Source: Sminthopsis crassicaudata (lineage: Eukaryota). Taken from it: 64,000 bases of DNA. Below, one piece after another: positions 1 to 14,700 of this stretch. The translations under genes were made by a program, and so were the position numbers. Every line of letters begins with the position of its first letter. Position 1 is the first letter of the stretch. The notes under the pieces are model-generated. The model was not told the origin of the DNA. It saw only the letters and a list, made by a program, of their open reading frames with translations, and ran no database searches. The stretch is from the NCBI RefSeq assembly GCF_048593235.1, contig NC_133619.1:62944454-63008453 (forward strand). The letters are read 5' to 3'.

Positions 1-7
1 CTTTAAC

Positions 8-131
8 CTGGTTTAGCCGATTGGCTGAGACACTCTAGCAGGGTGTGGCCACTATCCATGCTACATTTTCTTAAGAATCTTAGGTAAGAGTTGAGTGCAC
101 AGTGGACACCAAAGGTGAATGAGCAATTCTG

Positions 132-162
<31 letters not shown>

Positions 163-2702
163 AGTAAACCCTTTACCAGAGGTGTTAGTCCTCCTTGAAT
201 GCCCCACATTCCTTCTTATTTGTAAAAATAAGAGGAATAGACTGATGGACCTCTAACTTCCCATATAGCTCTAAATCTAAGATCCTATAAATTGATGACT
301 CGGCCTTATAGTTCCAACTGATCATTATCCAATGTGAAAGAGAAACTCCTCTAAAAAGCAAAATAGATCCAGCAGGGCAACAACATAACATTGAGAAGCA
401 AAACCACTGGGTTCTGGTCAATCTGGTCTATCCCACAAATGCACCCTTATCATATATTTATCTTTCTCCTTAGCTGTCTGGTTAGCTAGGGGGAGTTACT
501 TGACCTCTCTCAGCCTCAGTTTCCTCATCTGCACAATGAGAATTTTGTATGTAATAGCTCCTACTTCATAGAATTCTTAGAATTGAAATATCAGTATAGT
601 ATCTTGCAAACCTTAGTGTTATAGAGGTGCTAGCTATTATTAGATTAAGTTAATAAATATGACTTAACTAATCTTCATGAAACAGAGACCAATGGCTCCA
701 AAAGCAAAAATGTTATCTCTCCCATTTACATTTTCCTTCCTCTTCTCTGCCTATCTGAATCCTACTTATCCTCAAGTTCCATTTCCTTTAAAGCCTTCCT
801 TGGACATTGTCATCACTCCTTTGAATATCTATAATATATATGTTGTCTGAATAACTAATTACTTACTTATATATTGCCATGGTTCTATTACTTACCTTTC
901 CATATATATATATATGCCTTCCCCTTCCAGATAAGATCAGCGGTTCCAAAGAGTATGTCCTGAATTCCTTGCCAATGTATCCCAAATTGTATAATTTATA
1001 CTGATAATCATATAGTGTACTTCAATTTCTCATGAAAAATGATATTATTGGGAGCAAAAAAAAATTTTTTTTGAAAACTACTATACTACATTTGTTGACG
1101 AGTTTTCCCTTTCCTTGTGTCCCCCACAGTGCTGAAGATATTGTTTAAAAGTGGACATGTAATTTATTTCATTTTAAGAGGGAGCTCTCCTGTAAGGAGC
1201 CCACCCGTGTAAATGGCCCATTTCTTTGCAATTTTACAGTCTTGAACCTGGTTTGGAGAACCCTAAGAAATTAAGTAAGTTTGTCCATTGACATGGTCAA
1301 CACATGTCAGAGTGAAGTCAGGTCTCAGTACATCAATTCAAACTTTATCCACTGTGCCACTTCCCCTTCATATATATATCTATATATTCATATCTATACA
1401 TATATGTATACGAATATATACATATCTATAATATGTGTACTTATATATATATTTGTAATATATGTATACCTATATATATCTATGTGTTCCTGTATATGCA
1501 TATCTATAATGTTTATGTACCTATATATAAATATCTATATGTGTACCTATATATACATATCTATGTGTTCCTGTATATGCATATCTATAATATTTATGTA
1601 TCTATATAAAAATATCTATAATATATGTGTACCTATATATACATATATATAATATATGTACCTATATACATAAATATCTATAATGTGTACCTATATATAC
1701 ATATCTGTGTTCCTGTATATACATATCTATAATACATATGTACATATATATATAAGTGGTGCACAAGATATTTATCAATGATTGATCCACACTTTTGTTC
1801 CCTTCCTTGGCAGAGGCAGAAGCAGCCTCTTTCGCCATGATCCAGAGAAGAAGGCCCAATCGGGAAATGTGAGTCCAAAAGTGACCACTGAATTCGAGGT
1901 GAGACCGATCTCTCTAGCACCTAGGGCACTGAGAGCAATGGGAAAAGGGACAGTGATGAGGGTTTTGAGTGGGGGGTGAGGGATGTGAAGTCGTATAAGA
2001 ACTCGTAGCATCCCTTACCTATACAAGGAGCCGCCCCTTAAATTGTTGCTGTCTACCTGCAGGGAAAGGGAAATTGACGCAATGACTCTTGCAAAGAAAG
2101 CTCAGGCAATCTTTTGAGAGTCGGGTACCGGGGCTTCCTCTGTCCAATCCCTGGGACTCGCCAAGCTTTTTTGGAAACTCTGGGGACCGTGGTACCTGCT
2201 GGAATTAACAGTTGGCGTAGCCAGAAGAACGTTCAAGAGTTGATTGACGCTGCAGCTACCTGGAATCTTGTCCTGGGAAGAAAGGATGGCAAGGAAAGAA
2301 AGCGGGACCTGAGCACCTTTTCTCTAGAAAACGTGTCAGGAGCGCGGGTCTGGATCAGAAAGGTTAATGAGCCAGGATCTAAAGGCTCCGGGTGCAGCCA
2401 TCCTCCCCGAACGGTTCAGAAAGGAAGTTCCGTAAGATGAAAAGTTTCCCCGCTCTCCTCCCCATGCTAGCCGGCAGAGTCCTGGACCCTGACTATTCCG
2501 AGAAAGAGGCGTCAGCGTCTGGAATTGTGCTCCCAGACATTGTGCAGAAAACGAAGGAAGGGTTCGGGCCGAGTGTTGCAGGGGAATCCAGTCCTAGGGC
2601 TGGAGCCTCCCCTGGGTGGGACAGAGGAGAGAGAGCTGGTGAAACCGGCCCCACCGGCCGACCGCCGCCGGGGTGTGGTCTCAGGGACTGCGACGTCCCC
2701 AT
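8..2702 (-). CDS. Candidate unannotated spliced ORF divergent from TUBA4A (3'-incomplete, runs off window start)
   Basis: Hand-picked exons 2702-2655 (MGTSQSLRPHPGGGRP, Kozak ATT-ATG-G, donor GTGGGG), 2272-2196 (long pyrimidine tract+CAG, donor GTACCA), 1928-1793 (CTCTCAG acceptor, weak donor GTGTGG), 128-8 (T27+CAG acceptor, donor GTTAAA). Phases 0/2/0/1 join into one open frame of 127 codons, and each internal exon has only that frame open. No recognisable homologue. Confidence 0.3.
472..642 (+). mobile_element. MIR/Mar-type SINE fragment
   Basis: Core CTCAGCCTCAGTTTCCTCATCTGCACAATGAG with a MIR-like 3' part; boundaries approximate. Confidence 0.7.
1228..1368 (-). mobile_element. Degenerate MIR/Mar-type SINE
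   Basis: Reverse-oriented core (ATTTTACAG...AGTAAGTTTGTCC...TTATCCACTGTGCCAC). Confidence 0.5.
1370..1755. repeat. TA-rich low-complexity/minisatellite tract
   Basis: Recurrent unit TATGTGTTCCTGTATATGCATATCTATAAT within (TA)n-like sequence. Confidence 0.85.
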
Positions 2703-2875
2703 AATGTTTGGTGGGCGTGGTCATCCGCCTAAGCGTCCCCTCCTTTGTGGGCGTGTCGGATGCGCCTGGCCCCACCCAAGTCATACAAGAGCAGTGCGGC
2801 ACTGCAGCTAGCGCAGTTCTCACCGAGATCCGTCACGTAGACTCAACGTGAGACATTCCAGCCCGGACCCCCACC
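2703..2875 (+). promoter_or_regulatory. TUBA4A core promoter/5'UTR (possibly bidirectional)
   Basis: CpG-rich, GGGCGTGG/GGGCGTGT and CCCCACCC GC boxes directly upstream of CCACCATG. Confidence 0.6.
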
Positions 2876-6721
<3,846 letters not shown>

Positions 6722-6768
6722 AGCGGCCGCCTGAAGCCATTTTACTGTTTGTTGCAAAATCCTTTCGA

Positions 6769-6774
6769 AATAAA
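6769..6774 (+). terminator. TUBA4A poly(A) signal
   Basis: AATAAA 48 nt after the stop, followed by a GT-rich element. Confidence 0.85.
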
Positions 6775-7335
6775 CAGAGTCTCTGTGTTTTGAAACTAAA
6801 CTTGCCCCCACCCCTTGTGCTCTGGGCTCTCTTGCCACGTTTGTGAGCCGCTGCTGCTGCTGCCCTTCCTCCCTGCTGCCACCTTCCCTCCCTGCTGCCT
6901 GGTACCTTTTCCTTTCCTGTGGGCTGAAGGTAAGGACTGATGAGGATGATCCCTGTCCCTGCCCAGGGGGCCTAGCCCTGTTTTCTTGTGTTCAAGGCCC
7001 GAGGGCACTGAGGTCAGGCCAAAGAGGACCAGAGTTGGACACGTCTTGGGTGGGGGCTCCTTCCTCCACCGCAGCCAGCTTTGCCCGCTCCTGACAGGAC
7101 ACATTCTCCTCAAAGTGAGACTGCAAGGCCAGTTTTGCTCCTCAGTGTGAATGAGCTCCTGCTGCCTTCACACTGCTGCCTCTGCACTCTCCAGAAGACA
7201 GGAGCTTGAGCCAGACCATTAGCTTCCTCCCATAGGGAGGCTCTAGCTGGGGAAGGGAGGGCTGAGTCCTAGGGTGGGGTACCCAGCCTTCCTGGAGGAT
7301 GGGGGAGGGGCAGGGCACTGGTGCTATCCGTGGTG

Positions 7336-7338
<3 letters not shown>

Positions 7339-7373
<35 letters not shown>
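7339..7373. repeat. (TG)n microsatellite
   Basis: Direct reading. Confidence 0.95.
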
Positions 7374-7374
<1 letters not shown>

Positions 7375-8450
7375 TCCTTTGTGCCCCTGCCATCCCTGCA
7401 TGACCAGCTGTTCTCTTCCACTGCTTTGCTGGGGACCTTGAGCCATGGCATTAAAAGTCGGGTCCTCTCCCCTTCTGTCTGTGCTTTCTTTCTAGATCCA
7501 GCCTCGCCTCTTGGGGGCCTCCTGCCAGGGCTCCAGGGGAAATTACCACTGTGCTGATAGGTGGCCCAGGGCCCAGCCCTGCGTCAGCATGGGGAGGGGG
7601 GGAGGAAGCATGTGTCACAAGGGCAGCGGGCGCCAGCCCTGTCTTCTCTGGTGATTCAGGGACGCGGTGCCCTTCCCTCAGGGAGTCGAGGCAGCAGCCA
7701 AGGTTGGGCCCCATTGATTCAGCAGGCCCTGCAGCAAGGGGCACTGCCAAAACAGCCTGCTTATTAATCATTAACTCGATGCATGCTAGGAGCATTCAGA
7801 AAAAGCCTGGGCTAAAATGGCTGCCGCCACCAGCACCCTGGGGCTGTCAAGACCTGTTTAGTGGCTTGCTGCTGGCCTGCTGGCTGAGCCGTTTAGGCTC
7901 AGCCATCTCCCTAGAGACTCAGGAAGGGAAGGGAAAGGCCGACTGCTTTTTTTTACAAACAGCCTCAAGTTGTCCCAACCCACTTCTGGTAAAGGGTTGG
8001 TGTCACAACCTACATCCTAAGAGAGGCAGCTACCTCTTCCCTACCCTCTGAGTTTACTAACCTTTCCCATCTACTACCACCAGAAAGGAGAAATAGACTT
8101 TGATACCTTCTCTTCTACCCCCACAAGAAAACAAGAGACAAAGATATGGACATATTTTAGCTTTACTTCTGTATTTACATATTCTGAAAATGCTGTTCCC
8201 ACTCCCACAGACCAAGAGGTGAGCCCAGCAGTCCAACTCAAGGGCCCGACTGCACAGTATATGACCATTTCTTCACTTCTAAGTCAGCCGGGTCCCTTCT
8301 CAAGGTCCCACTCTTGGGCCTTTATGGGTAGGAGCTCAGAAGCACCTAGATATTCTTGAAATTGTGGATGCAAACCTATCGTGAAAGTCCCTTTGAGGAA
8401 AAGTAGTTCCCTCTTATAGAAAGTTCTCTGTTCTCACACTGCATGCTCTC

Positions 8451-10771
8451 TCAGATGTGAGTGGTGTGTTGGCCTGGAGCGGTGGGCTGCAAACTTTCCA
8501 ACTGATTGAGGAGGAGAGAAGTATGTGGCCGGCACTGGGGGTCCACCGTCATCATGGAGGCCAAGAGCTGCCGTAATTCTGGGGAATGCCTAAGGAGTAC
8601 AAAGGTGGCAAACTACACACATACATACAAACACACACACTCCCCTAAGGCGTAGGGGCTTTCTCATCATAGAAAGTTCAAAGCTTCTGGAAGGGCCGGG
8701 CCTCCCTGCACTCACCTTGGGCTCTGGGGGATGCTGAGCTGGTTCTGTACTGCCAAGGCCACACTGTCCCCTTTCTGGAACACCATGTCATAGGGGCCTT
8801 CCCCAAACATCATAGCATACAGCACACAACCTAGGGACTGAGCACACATCTGTGATTTCTAGGAAATGGGACCAGGGGCCCTGTATCCATCAGCAAACAT
8901 TTGTGAATTGTCTAGTCCATACAGTCTACACCAAGGGCCATGTCACCCCACTGCTCGATGTGGGCAAAGGAAGCTGCTTAAGCCAACGTGGGGAAGGGAG
9001 AGGGCAGCAACCCACCATGGCCCCAGGGAGCTCACTCAGTGGCAGAACCTTGTGGGTTCCCCTGCCCTGCTGGCTCTAGAGAATGGATGGGGCTCCAGGC
9101 CCACATTCTCCTGTTCAGAGACCCTGGCTATACCACTTCCTGTGCACTACACCACCAGTTTATAGGAAGGAAGTGGAGGAAAAGAATAACATGACAGGTT
9201 TCCTGGGGCCCCAAGCTGTAGAAAGGCAGATGTGCCCCATTTTCCCCGTAAGGCGTCGCTCCAAGACAGAAGTGTCCAACTCCTCTTAAGCTCACCCAAA
9301 CATCAGTCCGTTCATCAATGACACAGTGGCTCTGTACCGAGAAGAGCTCAGGGGCCCGATACGAGATGGTGCAGCGCTGGGCTGCCCAGTCCTGGAAGAC
9401 AAGATTCCCAGAGGGAGGAGGGCATTAAGGGCCCCTGTTAGACCCTGGGGAGCGCAGCCTGACTTCAGGGCTGATTCCACCCACCTCGTCTCCAGTATCC
9501 CCGAGCAAAGTTCCCAGGGTTCTACCTGCAGGGCTAGTGCCTGTCGGGAACCTTCCACTTGGATCTGTGCCTGGTTCATGGAACCCAAGTCCATTAACAC
9601 CGGCTGCCCATCATCTCCCAGCAAAATGTTCGTCGGTTTCAGGTCCCTGAGGAAAGAGAGTAGGACCCCCTGCTGAGGATTACTGGGGTCACAGGTGCTC
9701 CAGCAGTCTGGGCAGGCTTCCGGCTAAGAAGGGCCCTGGCGCCTGTCTCTGGGTAACCAGCATTTCCTCCCTCCTCCCACACCTCCCCGCACAGACATAT
9801 AGGATACCTCCTCACTGACCTGTGTGCATAACCCTTGGAATGAATGGCCTCCAGGCCCCTGCAAATGCCTACGAGCAGCCGCAGGATTTGCTCCTCAGAC
9901 AGGAAGCTGCCTTTGTCCTTCAGGCCTTCCACTTCACTCCACAGCGTACCCCTCTGTAAAACACAGGCTGGCTGTGCGGTCCTGTTCCTGAGACGGCTCT
10001 CACATTCACCATCCAAGGTGGGCAGGGATTCCCACAACAAAGTCCGCTACTCATTCACTCAGTGACCCTTCAAAGGGGCCCTTGGGCAAAACCTCCCCCC
10101 AACACAACTCCCCACCCCACCCGCGCCCACCTCTCCCTTGGGCTGGGAGCTTTCTGGTTGGGGGGGCTCACCTTGAAGAAGGGCAGCAGCAGCCAGGCCT
10201 CCTGCTTGGAGCCCCGCTCTGTCAAGCAATAGGCCTCCAGGCGGAGGATGTTGGGGTGCTGGAAGAGCCGGTGCATGTCCGCCTCCCGCTGGGCCTCCTC
10301 CTGGTCCTGCTGCTCGTGGCACAGGATTCTTTTCAGGGCATAAAACTGCCCGTCCTGCAGCCCTTCCACCAGGTCCACGTAGCTGAACCCGCTTGGAGCC
10401 AAGGAGGACCACAACCATCGTTACACAACGCCCGTGGGGCGCATGCTCCCTAGGGCGGAGACCCCGAACGGGACCCCGGCCCTGCTGCGGCGCAGCTCGC
10501 GCTCCGGCTTCTCCCCGACCCTAAATTCCAGGCCTGGATCGATGGAACTTGGAACAGTCCGAGGCCGGGAGGGTTCAAATTCCATCTCCGATACTATCTG
10601 CAGAATGTCCTCACTTTCCTCCCGGCCCTGGGATCTCTTCCAGGCCGCCCGGGGGCCCAGGGGGGGAGGGGAGGGAGGCACTTACCCCTCCCCCAGCTTC
10701 TGTATGAAGAGGTATCTCTTGTTCTCAATCGTGAGGGTCCCTCGGGAGCAGACACACAGCGTGTGGCCCAT
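8451..10771 (-). CDS. STK16: Serine/threonine kinase 16 (NAK family), 305 aa
   Basis: Exons 10771-10686, 10391-10172, 9953-9820, 9646-9526, 9391-9296, 8837-8716, 8589-8451 (918 nt). MGHTLCVCS acylation N-terminus, GEGGFSYV, HRDLKPTN, DLGS, RAPE motifs. Confidence 0.97.
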
Positions 10772-10799
10772 GGTGCCTCAGGCATCCTCAGGGTGGGGG

Positions 10800-11709
10800 C
10801 ACCGGCTGCCCGGGCAGGGAAGAGCGAACGCCCCGGGGGTCCCGTCCCAAGGCTGCAAAGGGAAGCCAGGACACCGGGGCTGAGGCCGGGATCCGGGGCA
10901 GCTCCTCGGGCTCCCACCCACCGCGGGGAGAAGAGGGGCCCACGCCCCAGCGGCGCCCCGGACCCTCGGACCGGGCGGGGAGGGCAGCGGGCGATCGATC
11001 GAGGGGGGCGGGGAAGGAGGGAGACGAAGCCCGCGCCCGGCCCACCCCCGGGAGCCTCTTCCCGTCCCCAGCCCCGGGTCTTCGCCCCCTGGACCCTAGC
11101 TCCGGGGACTGCCGCCCGGGAGCCCAGGCTGCCACGGACCTGGCCCAGAAGCGCGAGCAGCCACTGCAGCGGCAGCGGCGACAGGAAGCGGCGGTGTGAC
11201 GTCATCTCCCCGCGACGTGGTAACGGCCCCCGGTATCCTAGCAACCGCGTGGCGCTGGGAGCGACGTGCGCCCGGCACCCGAGAGCCCGAGTCCGGGCGG
11301 GAGGCCGGCTAAGGCTTAGCCAGGCGCTCGGGGCGGCGGCGCCTCCATGTCGGAGGTAGGGGGTGGGAAGGGGCAGGACGGGGTTCAGGAGGGGCTCCAG
11401 CTGCACCCCTCGCCCCCTCCCTCCCTGAGTGTTTGCAGACCTCCTCCCTTTCTAGAGGCAGCCCCTCGCATCGCCTTCCCCTACCCCCCATTCATCCATC
11501 CATCATACGCGGTTTTCGGTTCGCCTAGAGGTGTGGGAAGACCCTTCTGGGTCCAGGAACATCTTCCACAGAGAAAAGAGACGGCAGGGGGAGGGGCGCT
11601 CGGAGGGGCGTGACGTCATCCCGCCCGCCCCCGTCTCTCTGCAGGAGCGAGGCCACGTGACGCCGGAGGGGGCGGAGCTTCGGCGAAGCTCGGAACTTCC
11701 AGCTACGCC
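10800..11709. promoter_or_regulatory. STK16/GLB1L bidirectional CpG-island promoter
   Basis: Head-to-head ATGs ~940 bp apart; TGACGTCA at 11197-11204 and 11611-11618, X-box-like GTATCCTAGCAAC at 11233-11245, CACGTG at 11654-11659. Confidence 0.75.
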
Positions 11710-14700
11710 ATGGGCCTCGGGCCGCGACTCTGGCTCCTCCTCCTGCTCCACCTGCTGCTGGCGCAGGTGAGGCCCGGCTAGGCGTGCGGGGGGCGCCGGG
11801 GAAGCGGGGCGCGCGCGCGCGACCTCCCCCCCACTCCCTGGGGCGCTTGTCTCTTAGGCGGCACGCCGGTCCTTCGTGGTGGATCGGAGACGGGGCGTGT
11901 TCCTGCGGGATGGAGTCCCGTTCCGCTACGTGTCAGGCAGCGTGCACTACTCCCGGGTCCCCAGCCAGCTTTGGTCCGACCGGCTCCATAAGATGCGCAT
12001 GAGCGGCCTCAACGCCGTACAGGTGTAAGAGAGACCCCCTCAGACGGGGGGAGGGGAGAAGCGCTGGGCAGGAGGCGGGAGGGCCGCAGAGAGCCCCCCG
12101 GAACCGCAGCTTTGGAAGCTATCCCGCCGAGGCTCGTGAAGCTCTAGGGCCGTGTCACAATGCTGGGAAGGGAGGAAAGGAATGGTGGGGGCTGGGGGCC
12201 CTGGGATCCCCTCCCACTCCAGGGTCCTGTCATCCTCTCCCCCAGGTACGTGCCCTGGAACTATCACGAGCCACAGCCCGGGGTTTACAACTTCCAAGGC
12301 AACCGGGATCTGGTGGCGTTTCTGCAGGCAGCCTTCAGGGAGGACTTGTTGGTGATTCTGCGGCCGGGCCCCTACATCTGTGCAGAGTGGGAGATGGTGA
12401 GTGGGCGGCAGCCCGGCCGGCCCCTCCCACTTGTCCTCGTCTGGCCCTGGTCTCCTTCCTGATTCCGGCTGTCTGTGTTTCCTTCCCAGGGCGGCCTCCC
12501 GTCCTGGCTGCTGCGAAAACCCGACATTGCCCTAAGGACGTCGGATTCGGGTGAGTTGGATCTGAAGGCCCGAAGGTGGGCTGGTCATACCTACAGAACC
12601 AGGGGGAGATGGGGAAGTTGGTACTTATGGGCTTACCAAGTCATTAGGACATCCAGGAACCTTTGAAATGTCCAGATAAGTAGGTGACATTTCAACCAGG
12701 AAGAAAGCCCTTTTGGCATCTAACCCTGACTGGGTTATGACCTAAAAGAAAGCAGCCTTGATCCAGATGGCTTTAGAGAGGCCCTTCCCACCACGTTTCC
12801 TGCCACTTTACAAGGGGGTTCGGGACATGTTTCAGGTTCTCTTATCAAGCTGTTCAGCTGGGTGGGAGAATGCCTTAGGAAGTTTCCTTGACCAAGTCAG
12901 TCAAGATCATGTTCAAGTACTCCAGAAGCACCGCCCTGAGCTGGCAGCCGATCAGAGTGCTGGGCCTTCAGGAAAATCTCCAGGCCTAGGCCTGGCTAAT
13001 CACTTGTTTCAGAGGGTTTCATGATTCCCATGGGCGTTGGACTAGGTAATTCCCAAGAGCTCTCCCAACCATAAAATTTTATGATTTAGAACTAAATTAA
13101 ACATTTCCTGGAAAACTAAAGGAGGCTAGAGTGAAATAATATAGATGGGGCTAGATCTTTTATGAGTTTGTCTCTAAGCAGCTCCTTGTTGTTCATAGGA
13201 TAGCTACATCTGCCCCTTCAGTTAGTGGCACGAATGGCTCCTCCTTTAAAGTTCCTCTTGGAAGCTCAGAATCTCTGGATTAATAATTACACCCTTGAGT
13301 TAGTATTCCTTTATTTTGGCACTTTAGCACCTGCTTGGATAGTATTTTATTCATTTCATCCAATCAAATAAGTATTTAAAGGCTAGCATTAGTAACATAA
13401 AGACAAAACATAGGGTCTTTGACTTCCAGATGTAAAAAGATGCAGGTCATTAAGCACATGCTAATTGGAGCAGGTTTTATGATGCTTGGCCAGAGGCCAT
13501 CAGCCTTCCATTTTCTCTGTCCCATGTGACTTTGTGCAGGATGTACTGGTTGTCTTTGAGAAGAAACGAACTTTTGAGTGACATCTGGAAGAATTGTTGG
13601 TGGCCTGCCACCTTTCCCACTTCATACGTGTCTTTGGGTTTTTGTCTATTCTTTTCACTCTTCTACTGTTCCATTTTCTTCCTGTTTTCCCTAGTCAGAA
13701 CCTTAAGCCTATACTGATAGCAAGGGCATAGCTTGTAGCACTCCAGGTTGCTGAACTTCCAGGCTTCTTGTGTCAGTTTCAGTGAGTGTGTGTTGGGGGG
13801 AGGGGGCAGTGCCTGCTTGGTTTTGAGTTCTCAGTGATTCCCACATTCATTGGTAAAAGAGATGGAAGAGATCTTGGTCCAAAATGAAGGATGCTCTGGG
13901 ACTGTGACCATCTCTGTTCCAGGAAACTGGACTGGCTGATTGGGAAGAAAGGTAGTGATGGAACTCAGGCAGACTTCTTTCCTTCTAGACTTTCTTGCTG
14001 CAGTGGACTCTTGGTTCCATGTTTTGCTGCCCATGCTGCAGCCGTGGCTCTACCATAATGGGGGCAATATCATCAGTGTCCAGGTGCAGAGGCAAAGGGA
14101 TCTGGGAGGGTAGGGGAGGTATGTTTTACTTTCAGTCCAAACTTACTATCCCATCTCTCTGACAGGTGGAAAATGAATATGGCAGCTATTTTGCCTGTGA
14201 CTTTAACTACATGAGACACCTGGCCGGGTTATTCCGAGCATTGCTGGGGGATGAGATCTTCCTGTTTACCACAGATGGGTCTGAAGGGCTCAGCTGTGGC
14301 ACCCTACAGGGACTCTATTCCACTGTGGACTTTGGCCCAGGTCATCTGAGGAGAGGGTATGGGTAGGGTCTGGGGAAAGTTTACTCTGACTTGTGACATC
14401 CTGTACCCCTTCATTCCTACTGCAGCTGACAACATGACCAAGTTCTTTGCCATGCAGCGGAAATATGAGCCCAATGGGCCCTTGGTGAGGTGGGCGGGGA
14501 AGGGGAGTCAGAAGACAATGCCCATGAGGGAGGGCTGTGGTTGGTTCCCTTTTCCTTTCCCTCTCCCTCATCTTTTCATCTGACTCTCCAGGTGAATTCA
14601 GAGTACTACACAGGATGGCTCGACTACTGGGGTGGGAATCACTCGTCACAAGATCTGGAGTCCATGACCAGCGTACTACAGAGCATGCTAGAGTTGGGAG

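Noticed and set aside
2196-2272. DKIPGS... start of the candidate exon resembles STPG4-type 'DTPIPGTY' repeats
   Set aside because: Only three or four residues match and there is no PGPGxY motif; cannot support a family assignment without a profile search.
2428-2560. Plus-strand peptide RKFRKMKSFPALLPMLAGRVLDPDYSEKEASASGIVLPDIVQK resembles the Cpn10/HSPE1 N-terminus
   Set aside because: Similarity is patchy, stops after ~35 residues, and no C-terminal half follows in the same orientation; likely chance.
10594-11406. Long Pro/Arg/Gly-rich ORFs (270 aa, 198 aa) and similar ORFs at 21229-21963 and 40100-40700
   Set aside because: Expected stop-codon depletion in CpG-island promoters; no recognisable domains.
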